NCBI GenBank assembly: GCA_016938235.1
Contig: JAFGVA010000159.1
Span: 1,296 to 65,295, forward strand
Source: Bacteroidales bacterium
GTDB lineage: Bacteria; Bacteroidota; Bacteroidia; Bacteroidales; UBA10428
Direction: 5' to 3'
DNA length: 64,000 nt
Shown: piece after piece, positions 48,792-59,752 of the stretch
Position numbering within the stretch: the first letter of the stretch is position 1
How the letters are laid out: each line of letters starts with the position of its first letter
Notes under the pieces: generated by a model
Told to the model about the DNA's origin: nothing
Database searches by the model: none
Seen by the model: the letters and a program-made list of their open reading frames with translations, nothing else
Made by a program: the position numbers and the translations under genes

Positions 48792-49373
48792 ATGTACGAA
48801 TATATAAAAGGAAAAATAACTGAACTGACACCGGCCTTTGCTATTATAGAAACAAGCGGAATAGGCTATTACATCAACATTACTTTAAACACGTTTTCTG
48901 AACTTCAAGGCAAAGAGGAATGCAAGCTTTTTCTGCATCAAAGCATCCGTGAAGACGCCCATGTGCTTTTTGGATTCATACAAAACAGCGAAAGAGAAAT
49001 GTTCCGATTGCTTATCTCAGTATCTGGTGTCGGACCTAACACAGCACGCATGATGCTTTCATCCATGCCAACTCCTGAAGTAAAAACTGCCATAGTAAAC
49101 GAAGATGTTAAAACACTGCAGAAAATAAAGGGAATTGGCGGCAAATCTGCTCAGCGAATAATAATCGATTTAAAGGATAAAATTCAAATATCAGCGGAAG
49201 ATCAACTTTTCGTGCCTGCTTTGGACAATACATTAAAGATCGAAACGTTATCTGCTTTGGAAGTTCTGGGGTTTCAAATAAAACATGCCGGAAAAACTGT
49301 TGACAAACTGATATCCGAAAATCCGGGGATATCGGTTGAAGATTTAATTAAACAGGCGCTTAAAGTATTATAG
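48792..49373 (+). CDS. ruvA: Holliday junction branch migration complex subunit RuvA
   Basis: MYEYIKGKI start, HhH motifs ISVSGVGPNTARMMLS and IKGIGGKSAQRIIIDLK, size 193 aa. Confidence 0.9.
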   Translation: MYEYIKGKITELTPAFAIIETSGIGYYINITLNTFSELQGKEECKLFLHQSIREDAHVLFGFIQNSEREMFRLLISVSGVGPNTARMMLSSMPTPEVKTAIVNEDVKTLQKIKGIGGKSAQRIIIDLKDKIQISAEDQLFVPALDNTLKIETLSALEVLGFQIKHAGKTVDKLISENPGISVEDLIKQALKVL

Positions 49374-49387
49374 TTAAAAGTTCCAGT

Positions 49388-52300
49388 GTGCTTAGTATAA
49401 AGAAGGAAAAGAAATATAGAACAAAACACTCATTTTCAGGACAGGTTTTACTTATCCTGTTTTTTTTATTATATGCACCTTCGGCCTTTGCCGAAAGTCC
49501 AGGTAATCCTTTACCACCGCCCGATACTTTAAAATCATCAACCCTCAGGTACCCCTTAGAATCAAAATACAACTATCCATATTCAACCTCGGGTATAGTT
49601 TCTCCGCTTATGCTGCCACCGCCCGATAATATTGAGCAAAAAGTTGTTTACGATCCTGAAACAAACTCATATATTCTAAGCGAAAAAATTGGCCAGATTA
49701 ATTACAGGCCACCTTCTAGTATGAGTTTCGAGGATTATAACAAATATCAGTCTCAACAAATAAAATCGACCTATTGGTATGAGCGAGCCAAAGAAGAATC
49801 AGGTGCCGGACCTTCTTTTCTCAAAGGCTTGCATCTTGGAAATGAGTCAGTTGATAAACTTTTTGGCGGAGAGGGAATTACTATTACCCCCCAGGGAAGT
49901 GCAGAACTCAGATTTGGATACTCAATTACAAATAACGAAAACCCGTCAATTCCGGTAAGAAACCAAAGAAACGGATCATTCATTTTTAAAGAAAAAATTA
50001 TGATGAATGTTACCGGTAATATTGGTGATAAGATGGAAGTAGGATTAAACTACAATACCGAAGCTACCTTTGATTTTGAAAATAAAACTAAACTGGAATA
50101 TTCGGGCAAAGAAGATGAAATTATAAAAAAGATTGAAGCCGGAGATGTTTCCTTCAGTCTGCCGGGCAATTTAATAACCGGAAGTCAGAGCCTTTTTGGT
50201 ATCAAAACCGAATTACAATTTGGCCGTTTATCGGTCGCAACCGTGTTTAGCCATCAGCGAAGCGAGTCCTCCTCAATAAATGTTCAGGGCGGAGCACAGC
50301 AAACCGAATTTGAAATTGACATCGACCTGTATGATATTAACAGACACTTCTTCCTGTCTCACTTCTTTCGCGATAATTACGACAGGTGGATGAAGAATCT
50401 TCCCTATATCGAATCGCAGTTAAATATCGATGAAATTGAAGTCTGGGTTGTAAACAAACAAAACAACTTTACCGAATCGCGCGATATCGTTGCTGTTATG
50501 GACCTTGGCGAGGGTTATGGCCCACAGGGAGTATTAAACTACCAGGCAAATGGGGGCCTTTCTGTTAACACCTTCGATTATAATCAGCCGGCCAGTAACT
50601 CACTGAATAATTTGTACGCATCTTTGGCAGGCCGAGATGCTATTCGACAATTAAAACAAACAGATATAGTTTTTGCTCAGATAAATACAGGCTTATATAC
50701 CTACGCTCAGGGCAGAGATTATATTTCCCTTGAAAATGCCCGACCATTATCAACCAGAGAATATACTGTAAATAAGGAACTGGGATTTATCTCACTTAAT
50801 TCACCTCTGCGAAACGATGAAGTTCTGGCCGTTGCTTTTACCTATACATACAAAGGTAAAAAATACACAGTTGGTGAACTAACCAATTACATTAAAGCCC
50901 CCGATGCTCTAATTGTAAAATTGCTGAAAGGAACCACCCAGACTCCCAAATACAAGAACTGGGATCTTATGATGAAAAACATCTATTCCATTGGAGCATA
51001 TCAGGTTAGCAGAGATGGATTTGTTCTTGATATCATGTACAGAAACGATAAAACCGGAGTTTTTACCAACTATCTTACCGAAGAAGAGAGTGCCATACAT
51101 GAAGGTATTTACAAACAGACCCTGCTTAAAATATTAAGACTCGATAATCTGGATTACCGCAATGAAGCCTTTCCTGATGGAAAATTTGACTTTGTTGAGG
51201 GCATAACAATTAACTCAAAGAATGGCCGGATTATGTTCCCTGTTGTTGAACCCTTTGGTAGTCATTTGTACGACACCATCTCAAACTATATGGGCGTTAC
51301 AAAGGAAGAATGGCAAAAAGTTGCTCAAAAATACGTATTCCAGGAATTATACGATTCAACACAAACTAAAGCGCAACAGGTAGCCGAGAAAAATAAATTT
51401 GTTCTTAAAGGCTATTATCAATCCTCTTCAAGTTCCGACATCATGCTGAATGCTATGAACGTTCCGCGAGGTTCCGTAATTGTTATGGCCGGAGGCCGTG
51501 AACTTCAGGAAAATGTAGATTACACCGTTGACTATACCCTGGGTCGCGTAAAAATTATTAATACCGGACTTATTGAGTCCGGAACACCCATTCAGGTTAA
51601 ACTGGAAAGTAATTCCATGTTTAATATGCAGACAAAAACACTAATCGGTACCCATCTCGATTACAAATTCTCAGAAAATTTCAACTTCGGAGGTACTGTG
51701 ATGCGCCTGACCGAAAGACCGCTAACATCAAAAGTTAACATTGGTGACGAACCTATCTCCAACACCATTTGGGGTTTAAATACTTCATACAGAACAGAGT
51801 CGCAATTGCTTACTTCAATTATCGATAAGATACCTTTAATCGAGACCAAAGAACTCTCAAGCCTGACTTTCGATGGAGAGTTTGCACAACTTGTTCCCGG
51901 TCAGTCGAAAATGATTAGTAAATCGGGAATAGCTTATGTTGATGACTTTGAAGGAGCCCAAACAAAAATAGAACTGAAAAATGCTTTTAGCTGGGTACTC
52001 TGCAGCCCGCCAAAAGACTCGAGGGCAGGATCCTTTTATCTGTCAGCTGAAGATGGACTTGCCTCAGGTTATGGCCGTGCAAAACTATCCTGGTATTCCA
52101 TTGACCCGATTTTTTATGGCAATTACAAACCGGCTAATCTAAATACCGGTAGCCATTATGTTAGAAGAGTTGAGCAAAAGGAACTTTTCCCCTTTAAGGA
52201 CGAAGATATTATAGGTTTGCCAACTCCAATCAGAACCTTAAACTTAAATTACTTTCCGACAGAACGCGGTCCATATAACTTTGACCCTTCTGCCAGCGAC

Positions 52301-55300
52301 GATGGACAATTACCATTCCCTGAGGACAGGTGGGCAGGTATCATGAGAGAAATTATCATGAGCGATTTTGAAACCTCAAACATCGAATTCATTGAATTCT
52401 GGCTCATGGATCCGTTTGTTGAGCAACCATCAAGCACTGGGGGCGATTTATACTTCCACATTGGAGAAATTTCTGAAGATATTTTGCGTGATGCCCAAAA
52501 ATCATTTGAAAACGGCTTGCCTACCAGTGAGGTTATAGAAAATATTGACACAACAATTTGGGGCTTTGTTCCAACCGGGAAAGCTATAGTTACCGGTTTT
52601 GCCGGTGATGCCGTAGAACGTGAATATCAGGACATTGGTCTTGACGGACTTAATGACGAAAAAGAAAGCAGCTTTTTCCCTGACTTTGCTGATTTTGACG
52701 ATCCATCTGCTGATGATTTTGAATATTACCTGGGCTCTGATCACGACAATGCTCAACATAATATAATTCAGCGATACAAAAATTACAACGGACTCGAAGG
52801 GAACTCTCCTTCTCCCTCTGATAATTCAAATGTTTCGGAGGCATATAAAACAACCCCCGATATCGAAGATATCAACGACGACAATACTCTGAATACCTCA
52901 GAAACATACTATCAGTATAAGATTAGCCTCCGTCCTGAAGATTTTGTTGTTGGAGAAAACTTCATTATTGATCAGATTGAAGGTGAAGAAAACGACGGGA
53001 AAGTTCCTGTAATGTGGTACCAGTTCAGAATACCTATTGATGAATTTGAAAGTAAAATTGGTGAAATAGAAGATTTTAAATCCATTCGTTTCATGCGTAT
53101 CATGTTGAATGGATTTGCCGATACTACTATACTTCGTTTTGCCACGCTTGATTTAATTCGTGGAGAATGGAGAAGATACAAACAGGATTTATATACCTCG
53201 TCGCCTACTATTGCTCAGCAATACGACGAAACCAGTTTCGAAGTATCATCGGTTAATATTGAAGAAAACGGGAATAAAACTCCGGTTAACTACATTCTAC
53301 CTCCGGGAATTGACAGGGTTCAGGATCCCAGTCAACCCCAGATAAAACAATTAAATGAGCAGTCGTTAATGGTTAAAGTTTATAACCTTGAAGACAACGA
53401 TGCCCGGGCAGTTTATAAAACAACACAGCTTGATTTACGGCAGTACAAAAACCTTAAAATGTTTATACACGCCGAAAATCTGCCAAATGTACCCGAAGAC
53501 GAATTACAAGATTATGACCTGACCGCATTTATCCGATTAGGCTCCGACTACCTGAATAACTACTACGAATTTGAAATTCCATTAAAACGAACTCCTTATG
53601 GCACCTACAATCAGAATGATCCCGATGATCCGTACATAGTCTGGCCACTTGAAAACACAATGATACTGGAACTTCAGAAACTAGTTGATTTAAAGATAGA
53701 ACGTAACGAAGCCATGGAGAATGATCCAACCGGCCTGATAAACACACAGAGCATTTACGTTAAAAACGATGAGAAACTTGGTGATGAAAACTCGATATAT
53801 AATAAACTAAAAATAAAAGGTAACCCGAATCTGAGCAACATACGGCAGATTATGCTGGGAATTCGAAACCCCGGAGATGATGAGTCGCTTACCAAAAACG
53901 ATGGTGAACCGAAAACTGCTGAGATCTGGTTTAACGAATTACGGTTAACCGACTTTGACAATGAGGGAGGCTGGGCAGCCAATGGTCAGTTCCAGGCAAA
54001 ACTGGCCGATTTAGGAATTGTTAGCTTTGCAGGAGCTACAAGCAAGCCCGGATTTGGCTCAATTGAACAAACCGTTGAGCAACGCCAGCAGGAAGAAATA
54101 AACCAGGTAGATGTATCATCGAACCTCGAATTAGGTAAATTCTTTCCGGAGAAAGCAAAAGTTACCGTGCCTTTGTATATGGCCTATAGCAACACAACAA
54201 TTAACCCTGAATATTATCCAAAAGATCCGGATATTAAGTTGGCTGATGCTATTGCCATGGCAAAAACAGATGAAGAAAAACAAGCTATAAAGGATTATTC
54301 AAGAGATATAACAGAGCGTAAAAGTATCAACCTGACTAATGTAAGATGGAATAAGCAATTTGAAAAGGTAAAACTTGCTTCGCCGGGAAACCTGTCGGCA
54401 ACTGTGGGCTATTCAGAAACAAATATGTCTGACTACAGCGTTGATTATAATCGCCTGCGAAAATATGGTGCAAACCTGAATTACAACTATAACAACAGGC
54501 CGCAAACCATTACACCATTTTCGAAATGGAAGGCTGTAAGGAAACCGGCGTTCAGAATTGTGCGCGATATTAATTTCAACTACGCACCATCATCATTCTC
54601 TTTCAGCACCAAATTTGACCGCGATTACCAGACAATGAAACTGAGAAATCTTTATGACGATGCGGATGTTATTATTGACTCGACAACCAGCAAAGGATTT
54701 TACTGGGACAGAAATTATACTTTACGATGGGATTTTACCCGAAGCCTGAAGTTTAACTACAACGCAAGCAACCATGCTTTGATTGGAGAACCAACGGGCG
54801 CCTCCGACTGGTTTGAACCAAGCAACGAAGAATGGAAAGACAGTGTATGGACAAGCATAGTTACAGGCGGCAGGAACCTTCAGTTTAATCAGAAATTTGG
54901 ATTAGAATATACACTTCCTCTCAACAAAATACCAATATTAAACTGGACAAATATTCGTGCTTCATACGATGGAACATACACATGGACCAGGGGGGCTGAA
55001 CTTGCCGATAAAACTGCGGGAGTGCCAGGAAACAACATTAAAAACTCCAATTCAGTTAAATTGAATGGAAATTTTAACCTGGATAATCTTTATTCGAAGG
55101 TGGGCTATTTTAAGAAACTCGACTCGAAATATTCAAAAAAAGGCAAGAAAAACCAGGATGTCGATTACAAAACAGTTGAATATTCAAAACGGACCTTCCT
55201 GAAGAAAGACAGCCCGAAAAACATTATACATAAACTGGGTACCGAAAAAATTGAGGTTAAGGCCATTGACGACCAAGGAAAAGAAGTAAAAATAGCATAT

Positions 55301-56836
55301 ATGGTTGAAAGTGAAAATAAGGTATCTGTTGAATCTGAAGAAGATCTTACCGGCATTACCATAATTGTAACAGGTAGGGTAGAAAAAGGTCCAAATCCAT
55401 TTGTCTTCATTGGTGAAAATGCTATCAGAACGGTTTTAGGTTTTAAAAATATTAATCTTGTTTATAATCGAACAGAATCAACCATGCTCCCGGGATATAT
55501 CCCAACAACTGATATTATTGGTTTAAACCAGAGCGACTATTATGGTGCTCCGGGTATTCCATTTATTCTGGGCTGGCAGGACGAAGATATTTTATATACT
55601 GCGAGAAATAATGAATGGCTCACTCAATACGAATATTTCAGCCAGCCAACAATTTTTGCAGTAAACGAATCTTTCAATTTCAGGTCTTCCTATGAGCCTT
55701 TTGACGGACTGAGAATTGATTTCTCCGGATTAAGAACACACTCGCATAATACAGAACAAAATTATTACCCTATGATGGAGAATAGCCGCGATTCCATTAC
55801 TAATAAATATAGGGGAGGAACATTCTCAATATCCGCAATTACATTGTTTACGGCTTTTGAAAACTTCTCAAAAGATAATAACTGGAGCTCCGAAGCTTAT
55901 GAAAAATTAAAGTCGAACCGAAAAATTATTGCCGGTAGATTAAACAGATTAAAGACCGAAGAGATTAAAGATTATCACGACGGACTTGCACACAGCAGAT
56001 ATGATAAATATTATGCCGATGGATACAATGAAAGTTCAAGCGAAGTTTTAATGTACTCCTTCCTGTCGGCATATACAGGAAAAAGCCCCTGGAATATGGC
56101 CCTTGAGCAGTTCCCCTGGTCGGTTGCCCCAAACTGGAAAGTAACTTTTGATGGATTATCCGATTTAGACTTCGTCCAGAAGTTTGTAAAAAATCTTACC
56201 TTGACGCACTCATACAAATCGCTTTATAATATTAACGCCTACACAACCAATGTAAACTACTATGAAAGTGAGCAGGAAGGCTTATTTACAGGTAAAGATG
56301 CCCGGGGTTTGGTGCGCGACATACAGTCGAATATGCTGGCACTTTACCAGCCAAATTCCATATCGATTAACGAACAACTTAACCCGCTAATCAGTTTCGA
56401 TATGACCTGGCATAACAGTTTGCTTACAAAGTTCGAAATCAGTAAATCGCGAATGATTTCGTTAAGTATGAGTAATAACCAGCTTACCGAAACAAGAAAC
56501 AATGATCTCGTTTTTGGTGCCGGATACAAGTTTAAAGATGTTCCGTTAAACATAACCACAGGTGGTGGTTCCAGAACAATTAAAAGCGACCTCAATATCA
56601 GATTCGATCTCTCCGTAAGGGACAATACAACTATACTTCGATCACTTGCTGATTACTCAGACGACATCACAACGGGTGCCAGAAGATTTGCTGTGGATAT
56701 GACTGCCGACTACGTTTTAAGTCAAAGAGTAAATATGCAGGTTTATATTCGCAGGGATGTAAACGACCCCTATGTTTCCAACTACTATAAAAATTCTGAA
56801 ACTGAATTCGGATTCAGTCTGAGGATGTCGCTGTAA
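49388..56836 (+). CDS. sprA: T9SS translocon protein SprA (Sov family)
   Basis: 2482 aa with a signal-like FSGQVLLILFFLLYAPSAFA and a beta-rich composition ending in an aromatic-rich barrel-like tail. The ruvA-sprA-gcvH neighbourhood is the usual one in Bacteroidota as I recall. GTG start at 49388. Confidence 0.8.
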   Translation: MLSIKKEKKYRTKHSFSGQVLLILFFLLYAPSAFAESPGNPLPPPDTLKSSTLRYPLESKYNYPYSTSGIVSPLMLPPPDNIEQKVVYDPETNSYILSEKIGQINYRPPSSMSFEDYNKYQSQQIKSTYWYERAKEESGAGPSFLKGLHLGNESVDKLFGGEGITITPQGSAELRFGYSITNNENPSIPVRNQRNGSFIFKEKIMMNVTGNIGDKMEVGLNYNTEATFDFENKTKLEYSGKEDEIIKKIEAGDVSFSLPGNLITGSQSLFGIKTELQFGRLSVATVFSHQRSESSSINVQGGAQQTEFEIDIDLYDINRHFFLSHFFRDNYDRWMKNLPYIESQLNIDEIEVWVVNKQNNFTESRDIVAVMDLGEGYGPQGVLNYQANGGLSVNTFDYNQPASNSLNNLYASLAGRDAIRQLKQTDIVFAQINTGLYTYAQGRDYISLENARPLSTREYTVNKELGFISLNSPLRNDEVLAVAFTYTYKGKKYTVGELTNYIKAPDALIVKLLKGTTQTPKYKNWDLMMKNIYSIGAYQVSRDGFVLDIMYRNDKTGVFTNYLTEEESAIHEGIYKQTLLKILRLDNLDYRNEAFPDGKFDFVEGITINSKNGRIMFPVVEPFGSHLYDTISNYMGVTKEEWQKVAQKYVFQELYDSTQTKAQQVAEKNKFVLKGYYQSSSSSDIMLNAMNVPRGSVIVMAGGRELQENVDYTVDYTLGRVKIINTGLIESGTPIQVKLESNSMFNMQTKTLIGTHLDYKFSENFNFGGTVMRLTERPLTSKVNIGDEPISNTIWGLNTSYRTESQLLTSIIDKIPLIETKELSSLTFDGEFAQLVPGQSKMISKSGIAYVDDFEGAQTKIELKNAFSWVLCSPPKDSRAGSFYLSAEDGLASGYGRAKLSWYSIDPIFYGNYKPANLNTGSHYVRRVEQKELFPFKDEDIIGLPTPIRTLNLNYFPTERGPYNFDPSASDDGQLPFPEDRWAGIMREIIMSDFETSNIEFIEFWLMDPFVEQPSSTGGDLYFHIGEISEDILRDAQKSFENGLPTSEVIENIDTTIWGFVPTGKAIVTGFAGDAVEREYQDIGLDGLNDEKESSFFPDFADFDDPSADDFEYYLGSDHDNAQHNIIQRYKNYNGLEGNSPSPSDNSNVSEAYKTTPDIEDINDDNTLNTSETYYQYKISLRPEDFVVGENFIIDQIEGEENDGKVPVMWYQFRIPIDEFESKIGEIEDFKSIRFMRIMLNGFADTTILRFATLDLIRGEWRRYKQDLYTSSPTIAQQYDETSFEVSSVNIEENGNKTPVNYILPPGIDRVQDPSQPQIKQLNEQSLMVKVYNLEDNDARAVYKTTQLDLRQYKNLKMFIHAENLPNVPEDELQDYDLTAFIRLGSDYLNNYYEFEIPLKRTPYGTYNQNDPDDPYIVWPLENTMILELQKLVDLKIERNEAMENDPTGLINTQSIYVKNDEKLGDENSIYNKLKIKGNPNLSNIRQIMLGIRNPGDDESLTKNDGEPKTAEIWFNELRLTDFDNEGGWAANGQFQAKLADLGIVSFAGATSKPGFGSIEQTVEQRQQEEINQVDVSSNLELGKFFPEKAKVTVPLYMAYSNTTINPEYYPKDPDIKLADAIAMAKTDEEKQAIKDYSRDITERKSINLTNVRWNKQFEKVKLASPGNLSATVGYSETNMSDYSVDYNRLRKYGANLNYNYNNRPQTITPFSKWKAVRKPAFRIVRDINFNYAPSSFSFSTKFDRDYQTMKLRNLYDDADVIIDSTTSKGFYWDRNYTLRWDFTRSLKFNYNASNHALIGEPTGASDWFEPSNEEWKDSVWTSIVTGGRNLQFNQKFGLEYTLPLNKIPILNWTNIRASYDGTYTWTRGAELADKTAGVPGNNIKNSNSVKLNGNFNLDNLYSKVGYFKKLDSKYSKKGKKNQDVDYKTVEYSKRTFLKKDSPKNIIHKLGTEKIEVKAIDDQGKEVKIAYMVESENKVSVESEEDLTGITIIVTGRVEKGPNPFVFIGENAIRTVLGFKNINLVYNRTESTMLPGYIPTTDIIGLNQSDYYGAPGIPFILGWQDEDILYTARNNEWLTQYEYFSQPTIFAVNESFNFRSSYEPFDGLRIDFSGLRTHSHNTEQNYYPMMENSRDSITNKYRGGTFSISAITLFTAFENFSKDNNWSSEAYEKLKSNRKIIAGRLNRLKTEEIKDYHDGLAHSRYDKYYADGYNESSSEVLMYSFLSAYTGKSPWNMALEQFPWSVAPNWKVTFDGLSDLDFVQKFVKNLTLTHSYKSLYNINAYTTNVNYYESEQEGLFTGKDARGLVRDIQSNMLALYQPNSISINEQLNPLISFDMTWHNSLLTKFEISKSRMISLSMSNNQLTETRNNDLVFGAGYKFKDVPLNITTGGGSRTIKSDLNIRFDLSVRDNTTILRSLADYSDDITTGARRFAVDMTADYVLSQRVNMQVYIRRDVNDPYVSNYYKNSETEFGFSLRMSL

Positions 56837-56937
56837 TGAATTTCTGATAAAAATCATTCATGAAATTCGTTTTCAATAGAATGAAAAACATACATTTGTT
56901 CTAACAATTAATTATTTTACTGGAAAAAGAATCAAAA

Positions 56938-57318
56938 ATGAATATTCCTGATAACTTAAAGTACACAAAAGACCACGAATGGATACGCCTTGAAGGCGAT
57001 GTTGCTCTTATTGGCGTAACTGACTATGCTCAAGGTGAGTTGGGCGATATTGTCTTTATCGAAATTGAAACCGAGGGTGAAGAACTACAAAAAGAAGAAG
57101 TTTTTGGTACCATTGAAGCTGTAAAAACTGTTTCTGATTTATTTATGCCTGTTGGTGGAAAAGTAATTGAGATTAATCCGGCATTAGAAGATGCTCCTGA
57201 TTTAGTTAATAAAGACCCTTACGGCGATGGCTGGCTTATTAAAGTTATGGTTGCCGACAGTTCTGAAATGGATGATTTATTAGACAGTGCTGCATACAAA
57301 GAATTAATCAGCGCTTAA
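56938..57318 (+). CDS. gcvH: Glycine cleavage system protein H
   Basis: [29 protein letters not shown], and the lipoyl-lysine context [12 protein letters not shown]. Confidence 0.9.
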   Translation: MNIPDNLKYTKDHEWIRLEGDVALIGVTDYAQGELGDIVFIEIETEGEELQKEEVFGTIEAVKTVSDLFMPVGGKVIEINPALEDAPDLVNKDPYGDGWLIKVMVADSSEMDDLLDSAAYKELISA

Positions 57319-57341
57319 ACCATACACATAAAATATTCTGA

Positions 57342-57395
57342 CTGTAACGCCGGGAATGAAATTCAAGACTTATATTTCCGGCCTTACAGTTTTTT
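57342..57395 (+). terminator. Probable terminator after gcvH (long imperfect hairpin + T-run)
   Basis: CTGTAACGCCGGGAA ... TTCCGGCCTTACAG (one mismatch, one bulge, ~20-nt loop) followed by TTTTTT. Confidence 0.5.
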
Positions 57396-57520
57396 ATTAT
57401 TATTCGCTCAATTTTATGCGAATCCATTCACTGTGATGTGTTTTATATATCCGATAAATAGATATATTTGAAAAGACAGTAATATTATTAACAGAGCAGC
57501 TTATTTACCTTCCCAAATTA

Positions 57521-57964
57521 ATGGAACGCATTTTAAAATATATCATTTTACCTACCGAGAAGCTTATTGTTGAATATTTAGGTGGCAAGGCAAACTGGAT
57601 TGACTACCTTGAAATGAAGAAAAAAGAGGTAGCAGACACAAATTATAACGGGAGTTATAGTGTGCTTACTGATATCAGCGATGTTGACACCAAATATACC
57701 AGAGAAATGGAAGGTCAGATTATGGAGTATATAAACTATTTAACTAACCAGAAAATTGAGCTTAATCATTTAACCTCAATTATTACCAATTCGCCCACCC
57801 AATACCTTCATTCTGAATTTCTTAAAAAGCACAGTCAGAAAATAAATATCAAAGTGCAGATATTTAGCACTCAGGAGGCTGCCTTTAATTGGATAAGATT
57901 AAATCCCTCTGAACATGCTAATGCAAGCCTTGCTTTGCGAATATTAAGAGATAACGACGAATAA
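57521..57964 (+). CDS. Hypothetical protein, possibly SpoIIAA/STAS-like
   Basis: 147 aa. The only recognisable feature is a C-terminal pattern QIFSTQEAAFNWIRL that resembles the tail of the 40163..40528 product. Confidence 0.4.
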   Translation: MERILKYIILPTEKLIVEYLGGKANWIDYLEMKKKEVADTNYNGSYSVLTDISDVDTKYTREMEGQIMEYINYLTNQKIELNHLTSIITNSPTQYLHSEFLKKHSQKINIKVQIFSTQEAAFNWIRLNPSEHANASLALRILRDNDE

Positions 57965-58115
57965 CTCCTGAAACAATTAAAATTAAATTAATTAAGCTGA
58001 ATTTTCATTCATAAAAAGGTGCTTATGCATTCATTCCTACTATAAATTTTATTATCTTAAAGTTTAAATGAATGCGGTGCCATCCATATAGATTTTGTTA
58101 ACAGATCCTGAGTTC

Positions 58116-59666
58116 TAACAATTAGTGCGGTAATAAATTCCATTTTGATATTAGCGGTGCAAGTTTACTATTTTGGATTTCCTTGGTAGGCGATCTAAAC
58201 ACAAAGGTTTCTTTGGTCAGATTGTCTTGTATGTGCGTTTCAGTAATGTTCCAAACTAAAAACCGGATTTCACGCAATGATAGCTTTGTAGTCAATTCCA
58301 AGTATTTTTCAGCTATTAGTGCCACAAAACAAATTAGTACATGGGCTTTTATTGCTTCGTGTTTTTGATGGTATATTGGCCTGGTTTGCAAATCAAACTT
58401 GCTCATTCTGAAAGATTGCTCAACGCGCCAAAGCTGGTGATAGCGGTCAATGACCTTCTCGTTGGATAATTGCTGTTCGTTCAAATCGGTACAATATCCC
58501 TTAATGCCCAGCAATAACCTCCTTTTTTCAATCAACACAGTATTTAACTCTATTTTCTCTTTGGTAACCTTCCGGATAAATCGGGTTTTAACTTTCAGTT
58601 CCTGTTTTGCTACCAGCTCCTCGGCTTTTAGTATGAGTTTGTTTAGCTCGTTCAATTCTTTTTTATACCTCTTTAAGGAAAAATCGCATACCAAATCGCC
58701 ATGCTTTGATGGGAAGCGAGCCATTCCCCCGTTTTTCCCGTTCAATGTAGAATGTATCTGTTTTACTAATCCAAGAGTAGCATTTGGTAGCCGGGCGCCC
58801 ACAATGTACGATAGTTCCTTTTTCCTGAGTTCAGCGAGCCTTTCTTCATCGAGCATTGCGGCATCGGCCACAATAACCGGTTTTGTCTGGGGATGTGCTG
58901 AAATAAACGTTTCAAGCACTGGCAGCATGGTTTTACCTTCAAATGTATTGCCCGCAAATATCTGGTACGACAATGGAAAACCCGATTGGGTAACAAGCAA
59001 ACCGATAACAATCTGCGGCTGCTGCGATTTGTTGTCTTTTGAAAACCCTTGGATTTTAAACTCATCAGCCTTAAAAGACTCAAAATACAGCGTGGTAACA
59101 TCGTACAAAACAAAATAGAAAGGCTCGTTGAACTTTTGCTGTGCTACATTGTAGGCACATTGCTCAATATCTGCCTTATAAATTGTTAATTCAGGAATTT
59201 TACGGTAGATACGCTGCGAATATTTGATGCCAAAATAATGTTGCAACAGTTCTATTGAGCGATATTTTGAAGCAGGTTCAACAAGCCGCATGATGGCCAA
59301 ATCAATCAGTAAGCGTGGCAGGTAGTTTAAACTACATTCTTCGATACATTTCATGAAAAACTGATAAGCAAAATGGTGGGTTACTCCAATACACTCGCCC
59401 CTGTCAACAACCATAAGCTTCTGCTTTTGGACAGGGAATAACGATAACTGAGGGGTGTTATCTTCAATCCAATCAAGCGCCTTTCGTTGCAAAACAGATA
59501 ACTCAATATCGTCTTTTGCACTACCAATATGTTTTAACACCATTGACTTATGGCCAATATACCGTACAACTTGAATTGCAGTTGAGCCCGATTTGGTTTT
59601 AACTTTTCGAATCGAATACATACCCCAAAATTATGCGTTAGTGCGGTAAATACGCACTAATTTTAA
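58116..59666 (-). mobile_element. IS1634-family-like insertion sequence (~1.55 kb), apparently intact
   Basis: Single transposase ORF. A 10-bp perfect terminal inverted core AATTAGTGCG lies at 58120..58129 and, inverted, at 59653..59662 (12/14 over the extended ends). The transposase stop codon lies inside the left IR. No target-site duplication could be resolved, so the ends are approximate. Confidence 0.7.
58122..59621 (-). CDS. IS1634-family DDE transposase
   Basis: N-terminus MYSIRKVKTKSGSTAIQVV matches the usual IS1634-family start. DDE-region motifs are VLYDVTTLYFES, VIVADAAMLDE and YHQLWRVEQSFRMSK. Confidence 0.8.
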   Translation of the reverse strand: MYSIRKVKTKSGSTAIQVVRYIGHKSMVLKHIGSAKDDIELSVLQRKALDWIEDNTPQLSLFPVQKQKLMVVDRGECIGVTHHFAYQFFMKCIEECSLNYLPRLLIDLAIMRLVEPASKYRSIELLQHYFGIKYSQRIYRKIPELTIYKADIEQCAYNVAQQKFNEPFYFVLYDVTTLYFESFKADEFKIQGFSKDNKSQQPQIVIGLLVTQSGFPLSYQIFAGNTFEGKTMLPVLETFISAHPQTKPVIVADAAMLDEERLAELRKKELSYIVGARLPNATLGLVKQIHSTLNGKNGGMARFPSKHGDLVCDFSLKRYKKELNELNKLILKAEELVAKQELKVKTRFIRKVTKEKIELNTVLIEKRRLLLGIKGYCTDLNEQQLSNEKVIDRYHQLWRVEQSFRMSKFDLQTRPIYHQKHEAIKAHVLICFVALIAEKYLELTTKLSLREIRFLVWNITETHIQDNLTKETFVFRSPTKEIQNSKLAPLISKWNLLPH

Positions 59667-59752
59667 AGTTAAATATCTCGTTTCCTGATATTTAAAAAAT
59701 GAAAATTTTAGAAATACAGTAAGTGTCAGAAGTCAGGACAGATTATTTGATA

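Noticed and set aside
58450-59118. 222-aa plus-strand ORF, together with the 115-aa minus-strand ORF at 58766..59113, inside the IS
   Set aside because: Both lie within or antisense to the 499-aa transposase frame, which carries the recognisable DDE-region motifs. The alternative products are low-complexity.
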